Positions 10,801 through 20,476 of a stretch of 64,000 nucleotides of DNA are shown in pieces. The position numbers and the translations under genes are program-made. The notes beneath the pieces are model-generated. The model was not told the origin of the DNA. It saw nothing but the letters and a program-made list of their open reading frames with translations, and ran no database searches. Origin of the DNA: Alphaproteobacteria bacterium (GTDB taxonomy: Bacteria; Pseudomonadota; Alphaproteobacteria; CAAHEQ01; UBA3637); the NCBI GenBank assembly GCA_017533325.1, contig JAFXIF010000044.1, positions 4,345-68,344 of the forward strand, read 5' to 3'. The first letter of the stretch is position 1. The number at the start of each line of letters is the position of its first letter.

Positions 10801-11422
10801 GCAGGAACAATCAAATCAGATGCTTTTCCCTGTTTTATTTTCAAGATTAAATGCAATTAAAAAAGAAACAGGTAATGATAAACAAGAAATTGTAAACTAT
10901 TTTGTAAATAATCGTTGGGAACAAGATTTTTACTTTGCTTTTGATATGTTGCATCGTGAGGATGGTTTATTACCATCCAAAGAAGACAGAATGGTTTTTG
11001 TTTCTATTTTGTCGACATTAAATTTTGATCAGGCATATAGTTTATTGCTTCAAAAAGATGTTAAAAAGCCAAAGGCTTTATCAAGTGGTTTAAAAGATAA
11101 ATGTTTTATTGATGCTTATACTGAGTTTATGGATGATCAAACAAATGATGAGGCGCAAAAACGTTTGAAAAATATTTCTGGTATGTTAACTTTGCCGGAT
11201 GTTAAAACCATGCTTGATAAGGCTGATGACCCAAAAATGGTTGATTATTTGTTCAGATTATATGAATGTTTGAATATGTCAATTTCTCCTTTACAAAAAG
11301 AATCTGCTGTTCATAGGGCTATTACAGGTTTTATTAACAGAGCTAATCATAACATGGTTCATGATTTGAAGGGCGTTAATTTATCTATGTTAAGAAATGG
11401 TGGAATGGGACCAAAAGAATAA
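7808..11422 (+). CDS. Large hypothetical protein (1204 aa, soluble, alpha-helical/K-E-rich)
   Basis: Long uninterrupted ORF with coding-like composition. No signal peptide, TM segment or known motif. Candidate secreted effector (inference). Confidence 0.5.
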   Translation: MTNKKNSLLPFNIIFLDEPLPSCFHQRSGMTFKDLLSVIGREFKNTYVQGQRAERGKKKEQVQNNEISRKEIFDKIREELGDSEYERFLSVFKDLETETDYQALKSSAYIGNSKNARNHMGANNLLEWMFSADGRIDACFIQKDGVKFIFIMDVRLSNHYNKKDAQLHELNRDIAKVIADSFDGKNGNDPQGILKNGLLAYQHELLQNTNTVSAQFETLLITIEQLIASNDSVLEKIELFKRDLSVCLRHVSEEEFDNYIKKRLITGPIKNYQKELFDRLYSYEYGKDKLTNEIENTFTGIQAVKTLAPSFFNRVKDLLEKEENEKTEREWAQDTLDCFRVFHKISPSYIYILEEEIDDFCSDIESDELKQQLEYFVGELKNLKVNYRFVDGNSPYKEFKKLLNNAKKSRFQPLNMGENVLEKKDVLVDLLKTDISELADLKAVDKIAAALIKIIVEEEYSSVSEFVQEHKSLIPSANKNSVYRQVPNPENTFNALLREILKNKKIQSNLCQKYPYLTEYVDQLQKEGVVTSQDELNTICEYYREYAYTGDEEFFVEANKVLKTMPEAKRSLYKGYLQHVYSLSPENSEILELATGSLNIIDELKRIETIKDKIEISLGQEEKKITPIQQSGRFAFENIFSDFLMDMGNVDLYEELQSKAAQLTQTDLEELRKADGEIGEFIKDYIKYSSKKKKPAFSTLIENVLKREEIKRRERFEQALSNYFVSLDRKQAKTDLGLSCLTLEPKDVDYFLTKWKANEKQNELKILFLQTYKASSFEIAMKRIDTKIIKEKKAILDAFIKQYHEIIKEGNKDNLNDFVQFILQLKNVDLDMLTYIHEEQENAQVCSFLENISKIKSKNNKNATKEIQEIILSTERRSGFKQKMYDYFIKNPGEETKEILIRDIFNLNKSDIDAFFSDNTNSHPFKLFFGKLRNLRNKLKAQNMENEVSNIIDATKRRLYFYNTLYSYLHNAEADKSQAEVLADFYLALTPQDQKDIEQEQSNQMLFPVLFSRLNAIKKETGNDKQEIVNYFVNNRWEQDFYFAFDMLHREDGLLPSKEDRMVFVSILSTLNFDQAYSLLLQKDVKKPKALSSGLKDKCFIDAYTEFMDDQTNDEAQKRLKNISGMLTLPDVKTMLDKADDPKMVDYLFRLYECLNMSISPLQKESAVHRAITGFINRANHNMVHDLKGVNLSMLRNGGMGPKE

Positions 11423-11432
11423 AAGGAATAAA

Positions 11433-12014
11433 ATGTTTGTCATAGGATTAACCGGTGGTGTCGCCTGTGGTAAATCATTGGCGTCAACATATTTAAAAGA
11501 AAAAGGCTTTGCTGTTATTGATTGTGATGAATTGAACAGGAAATTACAGTTGACCCATTCTTTGGTCCATCTTATTTTAAAAGAAAATTTTCCTCTAGCT
11601 TTTGATAATGGAAAGCTTAATCGAAAAAAATTGGCGCAACTTGTTTATCAATCCGAAGAGGGGTTAAGTCATATCAATCATTTGATGTTGCCTTTTATCA
11701 TAAAGGAAATTCAATCGGAGCTTTGTTTGTTGGAGCAATCTAAAACGCCTGTTGTTTTTATTGACGCTCCCTTGTTGTTTGAAAATGGGATAGATAAGTT
11801 TTGTCAAAAAACAATTTGTGTTTATATAGAGGAAAAAATTTTTAAAGAAAGATTTTTAAAAAGACCTGATATGACACCTGAAATCTTTAAAAAAGTTATT
11901 TTAGCCCAGTTTTCGATTGAGGAAAAAAAGAAAAGAGCGGATGTTACTATTTTATCTGATAACAAAAAAGATTTTTTTGATAGGATAGATTTATTTTTAA
12001 ATACACTGAATTGA
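11433..12014 (+). CDS. coaE: Dephospho-CoA kinase
   Basis: MFVIGLTGGVACGKS P-loop at the N-terminus. Start set at internal ATG 11433 with RBS AAGGA. The ORF track shows an upstream extension from 11397. Confidence 0.8.
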   Translation: MFVIGLTGGVACGKSLASTYLKEKGFAVIDCDELNRKLQLTHSLVHLILKENFPLAFDNGKLNRKKLAQLVYQSEEGLSHINHLMLPFIIKEIQSELCLLEQSKTPVVFIDAPLLFENGIDKFCQKTICVYIEEKIFKERFLKRPDMTPEIFKKVILAQFSIEEKKKRADVTILSDNKKDFFDRIDLFLNTLN

Positions 12015-12120
12015 ATTTTATAAAAAAATTGACATAAAATAAAAAAAACTGTATACTATCAAAAGTTAATTTGGTATGGGTGTGTTTTTTATTCCGAAAG
12101 AGAATAAAAAAGGAGGAAAT

Positions 12121-12942
12121 ATGTTTTATACTTCATCATTGTTAAAAGATAATGAACATTATTATAAAGCTTATCACATGACTTTTGATGAAAAAAGTAT
12201 GAAGGATTTTTCCGAGAAGGGTTCTTGTGTGAAGCTAACCAATGGTATGGGCGGACAAAAGGGCGGTGTTTTTTTCTGGATTAATCCAAAAGGAGTTCAT
12301 TATTGGCTTGATCGTTTTTTGGCCTGTGAAAAACAAGCCAATGAAACAGGGATTGGTAGTGCTAAAAAAGTTCCTGAAAAAATATATGTTTTGGAATTTC
12401 GCATTCCCAAAAAAAATTTTTATTATCCGGATTGGCAGGTTGATTTTGCCTTGTGTGGAAAATATTTAATCCCTTTAATTTCAAAATATTACTATAAATT
12501 GTATAAAAAGAAGTTACTGGATAACAATGAAGTTTCTTTATATTTAAATTGTCCTTTAGTTCATGATAAAAAATATTCAAAAAAAATAAAAGGGATGATT
12601 TTTAAAGAAAATGGAGTTGTTTTGAGTTTGGAAAATAGTGAAATGAATTTTTCGGTATTAAAAAGAAATAGCGCCTACTATTCCGGAATTTTTCAACGCT
12701 TGCATGATTTTTTATATGTAAAATCAAAAGGCTATTCCGAAGCATATAATCATTTTATGAAAAAGGTTTTTTTGAAAAATACAATTGGTGCAGTCAAATA
12801 TTGCGGTGGAGAAAGTTTGAAACCGGTGGCTATTGAAGTTTGGGATGCAAGAACAAGAGCCATGATTTCCCGTTGCGAAAATATAAATATTCAAACGCAA
12901 TCAAAAGGAATGCATTCGCAAGTTCAAAAAGAAAAAAATTAA
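12121..12942 (+). CDS. Hypothetical protein (273 aa from the SD-supported start)
   Basis: Strong Shine-Dalgarno AAGGAGG sits 7 nt before ATG 12121. No recognisable domain. Confidence 0.45.
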   Translation: MFYTSSLLKDNEHYYKAYHMTFDEKSMKDFSEKGSCVKLTNGMGGQKGGVFFWINPKGVHYWLDRFLACEKQANETGIGSAKKVPEKIYVLEFRIPKKNFYYPDWQVDFALCGKYLIPLISKYYYKLYKKKLLDNNEVSLYLNCPLVHDKKYSKKIKGMIFKENGVVLSLENSEMNFSVLKRNSAYYSGIFQRLHDFLYVKSKGYSEAYNHFMKKVFLKNTIGAVKYCGGESLKPVAIEVWDARTRAMISRCENINIQTQSKGMHSQVQKEKN

Positions 12943-12943
12943 A

Positions 12944-13285
12944 TTATACTTGGGCATTTCCAAATCGGTTTGAAATGTTTTTTCCTTTGATGAAAGGAAG
13001 AATTAAAATCGGTAAAACACAAAGAATCCACCAACCGCTTAAATTTAAATCATGCAATCTTCTGATGATTAAGCCGCCAACAATCCATGGCATAAATATA
13101 ATAAAGTATAGCAGATAAAGCATATTGATAATTGTGATGTTATTTAAGGATGCCATAAAAAGGGGAAGGGCAAAATAAACAGTTAAAATTGTCCAAAATT
13201 CCAAAAGATCAGCTCTTGATTTGATATCAAAAAATTTGTTACCGAAAAAGCTTATAAAAACAATATGAATAATTTTTTGAATCAT
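12944..13285 (-). CDS. DUF805-family small membrane protein
   Basis: 113 aa with 3 TM segments and an RRLHDLNLSGWW motif characteristic of DUF805/YhaH-like proteins. Confidence 0.55.
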   Translation of the reverse strand: MIQKIIHIVFISFFGNKFFDIKSRADLLEFWTILTVYFALPLFMASLNNITIINMLYLLYFIIFMPWIVGGLIIRRLHDLNLSGWWILCVLPILILPFIKGKNISNRFGNAQV

Positions 13286-13406
13286 GAGGTATCCTTATTT
13301 TTTTTATTATAACATAAAAAGTTTATAAGGATTTTTAATAAAAGTCAAAAAATATCTTAAATAAAGAGTTCTTCTATCTTCAAGGATAGAAGAATCTTTT
13401 TATATT

Positions 13407-14078
13407 TTAAATTTTTGTATGAAATTTTTGAGTTGCTTTTAAAAACGGTAAAGTGCTCTTCATGATTGTTTTTGGATTAAAAGAAAGACTTCCGCTTGAT
13501 AGGGTTTGAGAGATAGTTTTATCAGAGGATGTTGGCACTTTGATATCCCATAAAACAGTTGTTGGAGAAAGAATTTTCTCTCGATAGTTTTTAGAGTTGC
13601 TTTCTTTTTTTGAAATTTTAGTGGCATCTTTATTTTTTTGAAAAGCATAACCGGTTAAAAAACCGCATAGAATCGCTAAAGGCGCAGACCATGGAATAAT
13701 TTTATCATCTCCTTTATCTTCAGTTAAATGAGTGGCTATTGTGGCTCCTAAACTGACAAGAGCCCCGATAAAAGAAACTTTTTTAAGTATTTTCCAAAAT
13801 TTAGAGGGTTTTCCCAATTTTTCATCAACGGTTTCTTTCTTTTTTTGACTGCATCCTGCAACGCCGGCTGCAACAACGGATAGTGTATATCCAGCCGGAA
13901 CCAAAAAGTCATCTTTTTTTGTCTCTGTTAAATCGCCATATACGCCGGCACAGGCTCCTAAAACAGCAAGTGAGAGAGAAGTTTTGCGTATACGACCCCA
14001 TTTTTTTGATTTTTTTATTTCTTTTGATAAATTATTATCTTCATCTTTTTTTAAAGATTCAAATTCGATATTTTCCAT
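13407..14078 (-). CDS. Hypothetical membrane protein (glycine-zipper TM segments)
   Basis: 223 aa with three Gly/Ala-rich hydrophobic segments and a lysine-rich N-terminus. Confidence 0.4.
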   Translation of the reverse strand: MENIEFESLKKDEDNNLSKEIKKSKKWGRIRKTSLSLAVLGACAGVYGDLTETKKDDFLVPAGYTLSVVAAGVAGCSQKKKETVDEKLGKPSKFWKILKKVSFIGALVSLGATIATHLTEDKGDDKIIPWSAPLAILCGFLTGYAFQKNKDATKISKKESNSKNYREKILSPTTVLWDIKVPTSSDKTISQTLSSGSLSFNPKTIMKSTLPFLKATQKFHTKI

Positions 14079-14227
14079 ACGACCTCTTTTAAAAATTTAA
14101 GCAAATTGTATCAAAAACTTATGTTTTTGTCAAATGTTTTATTAAAAAGATTTATTTTGTTTTTTTATTGACGTTGATAAAGTTTTTTGCTTAAGTATGG
14201 GTTGTTAATTATTAAAAGAGGTGGAAA

Positions 14228-14521
14228 ATGAAAAAAAATATTATGTTTATTTTGGGTGTTTGTTTATTAACGGCTTCTTGTGCATCATCAGATGTAACAA
14301 ACTTATCTACAATGGGAAAAATGAAAAATTGCTTAACGGAAAAAGCAATGCAATCTTTGACAGATGGAACGCTTTATGTAAATGGTGTTTCCTCAACAGC
14401 TAAAACAATTTCAAACGGATGTATTAAATCTCTTGCTATGGAACATTTGGGTATTGATACACAAACAACTCAAATGGCAACAACAATTTTATCAGCCTTA
14501 AAAGCATCTAATCTGCAATAG
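14228..14521 (+). CDS. Small lipoprotein
   Basis: Signal peptide with lipobox LLTASC. 97 aa. Confidence 0.5.
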   Translation: MKKNIMFILGVCLLTASCASSDVTNLSTMGKMKNCLTEKAMQSLTDGTLYVNGVSSTAKTISNGCIKSLAMEHLGIDTQTTQMATTILSALKASNLQ

Positions 14522-14545
14522 AGATTTTTCTATTGAAAGATTTCT

Positions 14546-14578
14546 CCCTCTTCTTGCTTTAAGAAGAGGGATTTTATT
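14546..14578 (+). terminator. Rho-independent terminator
   Basis: Hairpin CCCTCTTCTTGC/TTTAAGAAGAGGG followed by ATTTTATT. Confidence 0.6.
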
Positions 14579-14658
14579 ATATAATATTTTTATATATTTG
14601 TTGACAAAAACTTGCTTTTTGGCTAGACTTTTTTATATATTTAATAGGAGGTTGTGTA

Positions 14659-15693
14659 ATGAGAAAGAAGCAAGGAAAGAAACCGGTTATTTCGGTTATT
14701 ATGCCGGTATTCAATACAAAAGAATCGTATCTTCGTGCCGCTATTGAAAGTATTTTAAATCAAACATTTAAAAAATTTGAATTTATTATTGTTGATGATT
14801 GTTCCGATAAAGTTGATGTTGAAAAAATTGTTCGCTCCTATCAAGATTCGCGAATCCGATTCGTTAAGCAAGATAAAAATCAAGGAGATGCTGTTGCCAG
14901 AAATCGAGGGATAAAAATGGCAAGAGGGGAATTTATTGCTATGCAAGATAGTGACGATATTTCCAGACCGCAACGTTTTGAAATTCAGCTTGATTATATG
15001 AAAAATTATCCGGATGTCGGTGTGCTTGGAACGGCGTATAGCGTTTTTCCAAGGGCAAAAGAACAAGTTTGGAATAAATTTGGTTCGTCTGAATATTTAA
15101 ACAGTTATGCCTTATTTCATAATTCTCCTTTTGGGCATTCAACGGTTATGCTTCGTTCAAGTATGATAAAAGAGTTGGGCATCGGATATAACAAAAATTT
15201 TATTTGCAATGATTTTAAATTGTGGATGGATTTAGTTGGAAAAACAAAATTTATGAATGTTCCGAAAGTGTTACTTGATTATCGCGTCCATGGAAATAAT
15301 ATCTCGCTTCAAAAAGCTGATATCATGAATGAACAAGTTGCTCAAATTCGTGTTCAAGGATGGATTGATGAACTTAAATTGCCGGTTCAAACAAGTGGCT
15401 TGTTGATTAAGTTTTTAAAGGGTGAAAAACTTTCATTGCCCGAACAAAGAAAATCCATGAATATTGTTTGTCAGGTATTTGATGTATATCGGAAAAAAGA
15501 AAAGGATAAAAACCCAAGAGCTTTTATAATGCTTGATTATTTAATTCAAGGTGTTAAAGAGAGGGCTTTAGCTCATGGGAATAAATATGACGATAAAATC
15601 TTGGATTGGAGAGTTTTCTATACCCCAACACAAGTTTATCGTAAAAAACCTTTAAAATATATGATTCATTCTGGAAAAGAATATTCAAGATAA
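14659..15693 (+). CDS. Family-2 glycosyltransferase
   Basis: N-terminal GT-A fold signature (VSVIMPVFN, DDCSDK, DSDD). Confidence 0.8.
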   Translation: MRKKQGKKPVISVIMPVFNTKESYLRAAIESILNQTFKKFEFIIVDDCSDKVDVEKIVRSYQDSRIRFVKQDKNQGDAVARNRGIKMARGEFIAMQDSDDISRPQRFEIQLDYMKNYPDVGVLGTAYSVFPRAKEQVWNKFGSSEYLNSYALFHNSPFGHSTVMLRSSMIKELGIGYNKNFICNDFKLWMDLVGKTKFMNVPKVLLDYRVHGNNISLQKADIMNEQVAQIRVQGWIDELKLPVQTSGLLIKFLKGEKLSLPEQRKSMNIVCQVFDVYRKKEKDKNPRAFIMLDYLIQGVKERALAHGNKYDDKILDWRVFYTPTQVYRKKPLKYMIHSGKEYSR

Positions 15694-15782
15694 AATTAAA
15701 TAAAACAATATGTTGTGTGTTTGACTTGTTTTTTGTCTAAAGATATGATATAATAGTATCATTGTCTATTTTGGAGTTTAAT

Positions 15783-16061
15783 ATGCCAAATAAAACATTT
15801 AAAGATGAGTTAGAAGAATGTAAAAATGATCCATATTTAACAAGGTTATGGTATCGGTATTGTCAGTATCTTGAAATAGGTGGAACGCATTGGCGCGATT
15901 CTATGGCTGAAAGCAAAGAAGAAAAAACATCAGATTCCATGTTTGATCATCTTCCCAAATCAAAAGATTTTGAAATTGAACAAAAACTTATTGCCCAAAA
16001 TCCGAATGTGGATGTAAATCAATTGCGCCTTCAAATGAAATATGGTTCAAGATCCATGTGA
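15783..16061 (+). CDS. Hypothetical small protein
   Basis: 92 aa from ATG 15783 with a GGAG RBS. Confidence 0.35.
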   Translation: MPNKTFKDELEECKNDPYLTRLWYRYCQYLEIGGTHWRDSMAESKEEKTSDSMFDHLPKSKDFEIEQKLIAQNPNVDVNQLRLQMKYGSRSM

Positions 16062-16084
16062 ATATAAAGGCAAACTTATTTTTA

Positions 16085-16127
16085 TAAAAAAAACACCTTT
16101 GATAAAAATCAAAGGTGTTTTTTTATT
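16085..16127. terminator. Bidirectional rho-independent terminator
   Basis: Perfect hairpin CACCTTTGAT(aaaaa)ATCAAAGGTG flanked by an A-run and a T-run, lying between convergent genes. Confidence 0.6.
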
Positions 16128-17223
16128 ATTTTTTAATTGTCCATATATTGTCTTTTTTTTCAAACGTCTCTGTTCCCCAGTCATCCCATTTAATTGTCAT
16201 TTTATCTGATGTTTTTTCTATAATTGTGGCACAATCTTTCGAGTCATGTCTGCAAACTCTTTCATTTTCAAAAACAAAATGACCTTCCCATTGCGGATGG
16301 TTGACTTTTTCTGCATTCTCTGGAGGACAAATTTTCATAACATGAGTTTTTAAAAGAGCGTGGGGGATAAGATTTAAATTTTCATTTTTTTCAACCATTT
16401 TTCTCATAATGCTACAATTATCAAGATTTTCAAATTCTTCTTTAGAGGCAAATCTGGGCAAAATTTCATTATGGAAAAATTTGTGAGCATTTGAGATTTG
16501 ATTTACATAATACTCATAAGGATTCGTTCCATGAAGCCTGAATAATAGTAAAACTTCCGGAATGTTGGTTATTTTTCCGTCAGCGTCCATGATATCTAAC
16601 CAAAATTTTCTGTCTTCAGCAGCTTTATATTCATTGCTGTATGTAATATTATGTTGTGTTAAAAAGCTTCTTCTTATAAAAGCAGCTGGATGAGAGATTG
16701 GAACGGAATTTAAGTATAAAAACATTTTAATTTTTTCAGGATCTGTTTGATCGTGAAACCCCCATTTTTGGTTATTATCGGGATTTCCAATCCAAGATCC
16801 TGCAACCGCAATATCAGGATTTTTCTCCATAAAATCATATTGTTTCATAAATCTGTTTGGTAAGGAAATGTCGTCATCATCCATGCGGGCGATATATTTA
16901 CCTTTCGCTTCTTCAAGTCCTTTGTTTAAAGAATAAATGAGGCCTTTATTCGGGTTGTTTGTTATCACTCGAATGCGTTTGTCTTTTTTTGCATATTCAG
17001 CCAAAATTTCCGGTGTTTTATCTGAGGATCCATCATCAATAATAATAAATTCAAAATCTGTAAAAGTTTGATTTAAAATTGAATCAATCGCGCGTGATAA
17101 CAATGGTGCACGATTATAAGTGCTCATAACAACTGAAATAAGAGGAGGATTTTTTTGTTTAAAGATGAAAAATGAGCCAATACATAAAACTGATATTAAT
17201 AAAATAAAAATAAATTTTTTCAT
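16126..17223 (-). CDS. Family-2 glycosyltransferase with N-terminal TM anchor
   Basis: 365 aa carrying ISVVMSTYN, DDGSSD and DDDD GT-A motifs. Confidence 0.8.
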   Translation of the reverse strand: MKKFIFILLISVLCIGSFFIFKQKNPPLISVVMSTYNRAPLLSRAIDSILNQTFTDFEFIIIDDGSSDKTPEILAEYAKKDKRIRVITNNPNKGLIYSLNKGLEEAKGKYIARMDDDDISLPNRFMKQYDFMEKNPDIAVAGSWIGNPDNNQKWGFHDQTDPEKIKMFLYLNSVPISHPAAFIRRSFLTQHNITYSNEYKAAEDRKFWLDIMDADGKITNIPEVLLLFRLHGTNPYEYYVNQISNAHKFFHNEILPRFASKEEFENLDNCSIMRKMVEKNENLNLIPHALLKTHVMKICPPENAEKVNHPQWEGHFVFENERVCRHDSKDCATIIEKTSDKMTIKWDDWGTETFEKKDNIWTIKK

Positions 17224-17790
17224 GACAAATCCTTATACTTTTTGTTTCCCATATAATTTGTTTATCATACAATATAATAAAATACTATAAAAATAGTTGG
17301 ATTTTTTATATTTTTTTACCTGTTTTATTGAATAAAAAAAATATGGAAAAATAAATATAAAAAAGGATTAATTGGTGTAAAATTACAATATCCATTAAAA
17401 AAAACTTCGCTTTATTATCATGAAAACTCTTGCTATATAAGGGTATTATTTTACCAGTTGAATATATTTTGGCGGAATAACACCATTTTTAACAATAATA
17501 AAGTAATAACGAATAAAAGCAAAACGCCACCCTTTTTCATCATCTCAAATACTGTAATTATTCGGTGTAAAATCAATTTCTGTTAAATCAGAAAGTTGAT
17601 ACAATCCTTCATCATTTTTATTTTTTGGTTATTTTTCTAATATAGAAGGGCTCAGATAAATCGATTCTGTCAACCCGTTTTTTTAAGGGCGGAAATATCA
17701 ATTTTAAATAAATCTGATGTTTTTATAAATTTCCTTATGCTAGGTGTGTTTTGAGTGTGTTGCAGTGGTTCAATCAATAACCTAATGCCA

Positions 17791-17863
17791 CAACTCAGCC
17801 AACAAAAAACGCCCCTTTCGGAGCGTTCTTTTATTGGCTGGAGAAGTCTGGTAATACACGGAG
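17791..17863. repeat. Copy A of a ~70-90-nt terminator-containing repeat that is homologous to the tRNA-Gln 3' flank
   Basis: CAACTCAGCCAACAAAAAA, a hairpin, then TTCTTTTATTGGCTGGAGAAGTCTGGTAATACACGGA. The same architecture recurs at 19188-19282 and 20575-20645. Confidence 0.5.
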
Positions 17864-18038
17864 TATTATTATGTTGTATTGTTAAAAAATAATATAAATT
17901 CATCTTGACAAGATAAGATTTTTATAAAAACATATTGATATAATTAGGTTGATTTATTTTTGTTTTGTTGTCTATTTATCTGTATTTAAAAGAATTTTTA
18001 GTTAATTGATTTTTACTGGGAGTAAAGAAGGGTTTCAA

Positions 18039-18644
18039 ATGAGCGTATATCAAAATAAATTAGAGTTTGTTTATCACCCACTAAAACGGATATATGAAAT
18101 TTTTGCTATAATTATATCTTTTTTATATTCTGTTTGTTTTTTTATTTTTTCTTCATTATTTTCAAGTTTTGATTTTATATGGATTTTTCTAGGTTTAGGA
18201 TTTTTATCTGCTTCAGTATTTATGGGCATTAATTGTTTAAAAAAAGAAAATAAAATAGTTGTTACTAAAAAAAATATTGCGCGAGAAATAGTGACTCAAA
18301 GTAATTATAAAGTAATGAAAATAATTTCAACAAATATGAATAGGAAATGGGGTGTTTTATTAAAAGATGGATATTTGTTATATATGTTATTGATTCCATT
18401 ATTGTTCATTTTAATTCCTTTTATTTGCATGATAACTTTTGTGAGGTATTGCTTGCCTAAATCTTCATTAAAAAAATTACAAATAGATGATGTAATTGAT
18501 GTTCAATATAAACAATCTATATATGGAAAAATATTTAATTATGGCACAATTATTTTTGTTTGGAAGAATAAAAAAAGATATTTCTTAATGATTCAAAATC
18601 CACAAAAAGTTTGTGAAGAAATTAAATTATTTTTAAAAATATGA
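18039..18644 (+). CDS. Membrane protein with bacterial PH (bPH_2/YdbT-like) domain
   Basis: Two N-terminal TM segments, then a C-terminal segment (IYGKIFNYGTIIFVWKNKKRYFLMIQNPQKVCEEI) resembling bPH_2. Start set at ATG 18039 (GAAGGG RBS). Confidence 0.5.
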   Translation: MSVYQNKLEFVYHPLKRIYEIFAIIISFLYSVCFFIFSSLFSSFDFIWIFLGLGFLSASVFMGINCLKKENKIVVTKKNIAREIVTQSNYKVMKIISTNMNRKWGVLLKDGYLLYMLLIPLLFILIPFICMITFVRYCLPKSSLKKLQIDDVIDVQYKQSIYGKIFNYGTIIFVWKNKKRYFLMIQNPQKVCEEIKLFLKI

Positions 18645-18722
18645 TCTGTATATACAAATAGTTATCATTTTGTTGTTGATTTGGTATATTGTGTTAAATA
18701 TAGTATACTAAAGGAGCAAAAA

Positions 18723-19151
18723 ATGGCATATGACGTAAAAAAAGTTTCTGTTGTTTGTATTATTGAAAAAGATGGAAAGTATCTGTTTTTAAAAAGAAGC
18801 AACACGGGAAAAGGTGATGGTTTTTATATGTTGCCAGGAGGACATGTGGATGCAGGGGAATCTGTTTTGCATGCTGCAATTAGAGAGTTAAAAGAAGAAT
18901 TGGGAATTGATGTAAAAGAATCTGATTTAGAGTTTAAGCTTGTTGAACCAATTAAAACATATATCACATTTTTCTTTCGTGTTAAAAAATTTGATGGGAT
19001 ACTTCAAAATATGGAACCAGAAAAACATGGAGAAATGGTTTATTTGCCTATAGATGCGAAAGACATTCATCCTTTTTCTAGGCGTGAGTTAGAGTTAATA
19101 AAAAATGGTGTTTCTTTTTTGCCAAATGATGATGTGGATTTATCATCTTAA
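18723..19151 (+). CDS. NUDIX hydrolase
   Basis: Canonical Nudix box GGHVDAGESVLHAAIRELKEELGI. AAGGAG RBS before ATG 18723. Confidence 0.8.
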   Translation: MAYDVKKVSVVCIIEKDGKYLFLKRSNTGKGDGFYMLPGGHVDAGESVLHAAIRELKEELGIDVKESDLEFKLVEPIKTYITFFFRVKKFDGILQNMEPEKHGEMVYLPIDAKDIHPFSRRELELIKNGVSFLPNDDVDLSS

Positions 19152-19187
19152 ATGCATTATGCTTGCTTATTAAAGGAATAACATATT

Positions 19188-19282
19188 CTGCTTGTTGCTC
19201 AAATTCCTTTAGTTTAGTCAACAAAAAAAACTCCACAAGGGAGGTTCTTTTATTGGCTAGAGAAGTCTGATAATACACGGAA
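19188..19282. repeat. Copy B of the tRNA-Gln-flank repeat
   Basis: TTGTTGCTCAAATTCCTTTAGTTTAGTCAACAAAAAAAA, hairpin CTCCACAAGGGAGG, then TTCTTTTATTGGCTAGAGAAGTCTGATAATACACGGA. It aligns with copy C over ~80 nt. Confidence 0.5.
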
Positions 19283-19343
19283 TGATTTTAATATTGAAAC
19301 CATTTAAAAATAATGCTAAAGTTTAACACAAAGGAGTTTAAAA

Positions 19344-20258
19344 ATGGCACTAAATTTAACTAAAACCATAGTAAGTATATTGAAAAATAATCCTAACAAA
19401 TACTTTACAGCAAGGCAACTGGCAGTATGGATATGGGATAATAAACAAGATGAATGTAAAGCTAAAATGGAGAGAAGTAAAGCAACCGTTATTCCTGTTG
19501 ATACTGTTGAGGCGCTAATAAATCAGCTTGTAGCTGAAATTGGTTCACAAAAAAACAATATTTTATCTTTATCATCCAATATTAAAATTACTGCTGAACG
19601 TCCAAGAAAATATTACTATTCAGAAAAAAGTGATGCTCAGGAAATTAAAGATGCTGAGAAAGTCTCAAAAACAAATGGACAGCCAGAACATGATTCGTAT
19701 CCGAAATTATGCGAATATTTGCATAATGAGCTAAATATATATCCCAAAAGAATAGATGAAAAAAAATCTTCAAATTCAAAAGGCAACAATGGGAACAAAT
19801 GGTTGCATCCGGATATAGTAGGGTTAAAAAATCTTTCAGGTAGTTGGAATGCAGATGTTGTTTCTTGTGCTAGTAAACATGCTTTCAATAAAACATCATT
19901 ATGGTCATTTGAAGTAAAAATAAAGATTAATTTGTCAAATGTAAGAGAATATTTTTTCCAAACTGTTTCAAATTCAAGTTGGGCTAATTTTTCATATCTT
20001 GTAGCTCAAACGATCGATGAAAAAGCCATGGATGAGTTGCGTATTTTATGTAGTGGCCATGATATTGGACTGATTCAATTAGATTGTGAAAACCCATCAG
20101 AAAGCCAAATATTAATTCCCGCAACAGAGAAAAAAGAGCTTGACTGGGATATGATTGATAGAATTGTCAAGGAAAATCCTGATTTTAAGGATTTTATTAA
20201 TTTAATCACAGAGTTTTATCAAACAGGAAAAATAAAAGATAAAGAATGGGATATTTAA
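19344..20258 (+). CDS. Hypothetical protein with N-terminal winged-helix-like region and a PD-(D/E)xK-like nuclease core
   Basis: 304 aa. WLHPDIVGL followed by SLWSFEVKIK fits a PD-D/ExK pattern. Family assignment is an inference. Confidence 0.4.
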   Translation: MALNLTKTIVSILKNNPNKYFTARQLAVWIWDNKQDECKAKMERSKATVIPVDTVEALINQLVAEIGSQKNNILSLSSNIKITAERPRKYYYSEKSDAQEIKDAEKVSKTNGQPEHDSYPKLCEYLHNELNIYPKRIDEKKSSNSKGNNGNKWLHPDIVGLKNLSGSWNADVVSCASKHAFNKTSLWSFEVKIKINLSNVREYFFQTVSNSSWANFSYLVAQTIDEKAMDELRILCSGHDIGLIQLDCENPSESQILIPATEKKELDWDMIDRIVKENPDFKDFINLITEFYQTGKIKDKEWDI

Positions 20259-20476
20259 CATTCTTTTTTGCATCAAAATTTAGCTTAATCACCCCCTACT
20301 ATCTCTAGGAGGAATTTTTGACATCCCAAGACAGAAGTATTGTAAAATAAGGCTTTTTTTAATTTTGAGTCCGTGTAGGGCTGAAAAAGAGGTATTTTAA
20401 AAAACGCTGTACACGGACCAATATAAGTGCTTGTAAAATAATAAAAAAGTCGCTATTTCTAGCGACTTATCTGTTT

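Noticed and set aside
17224-18005. 780-nt ORF-poor region containing ORF 17670-17903
   Set aside because: No RBS, and the ORF spans repeat copy A. More likely promoter and leader DNA or decayed sequence than a gene. No tRNA or rRNA signature found.
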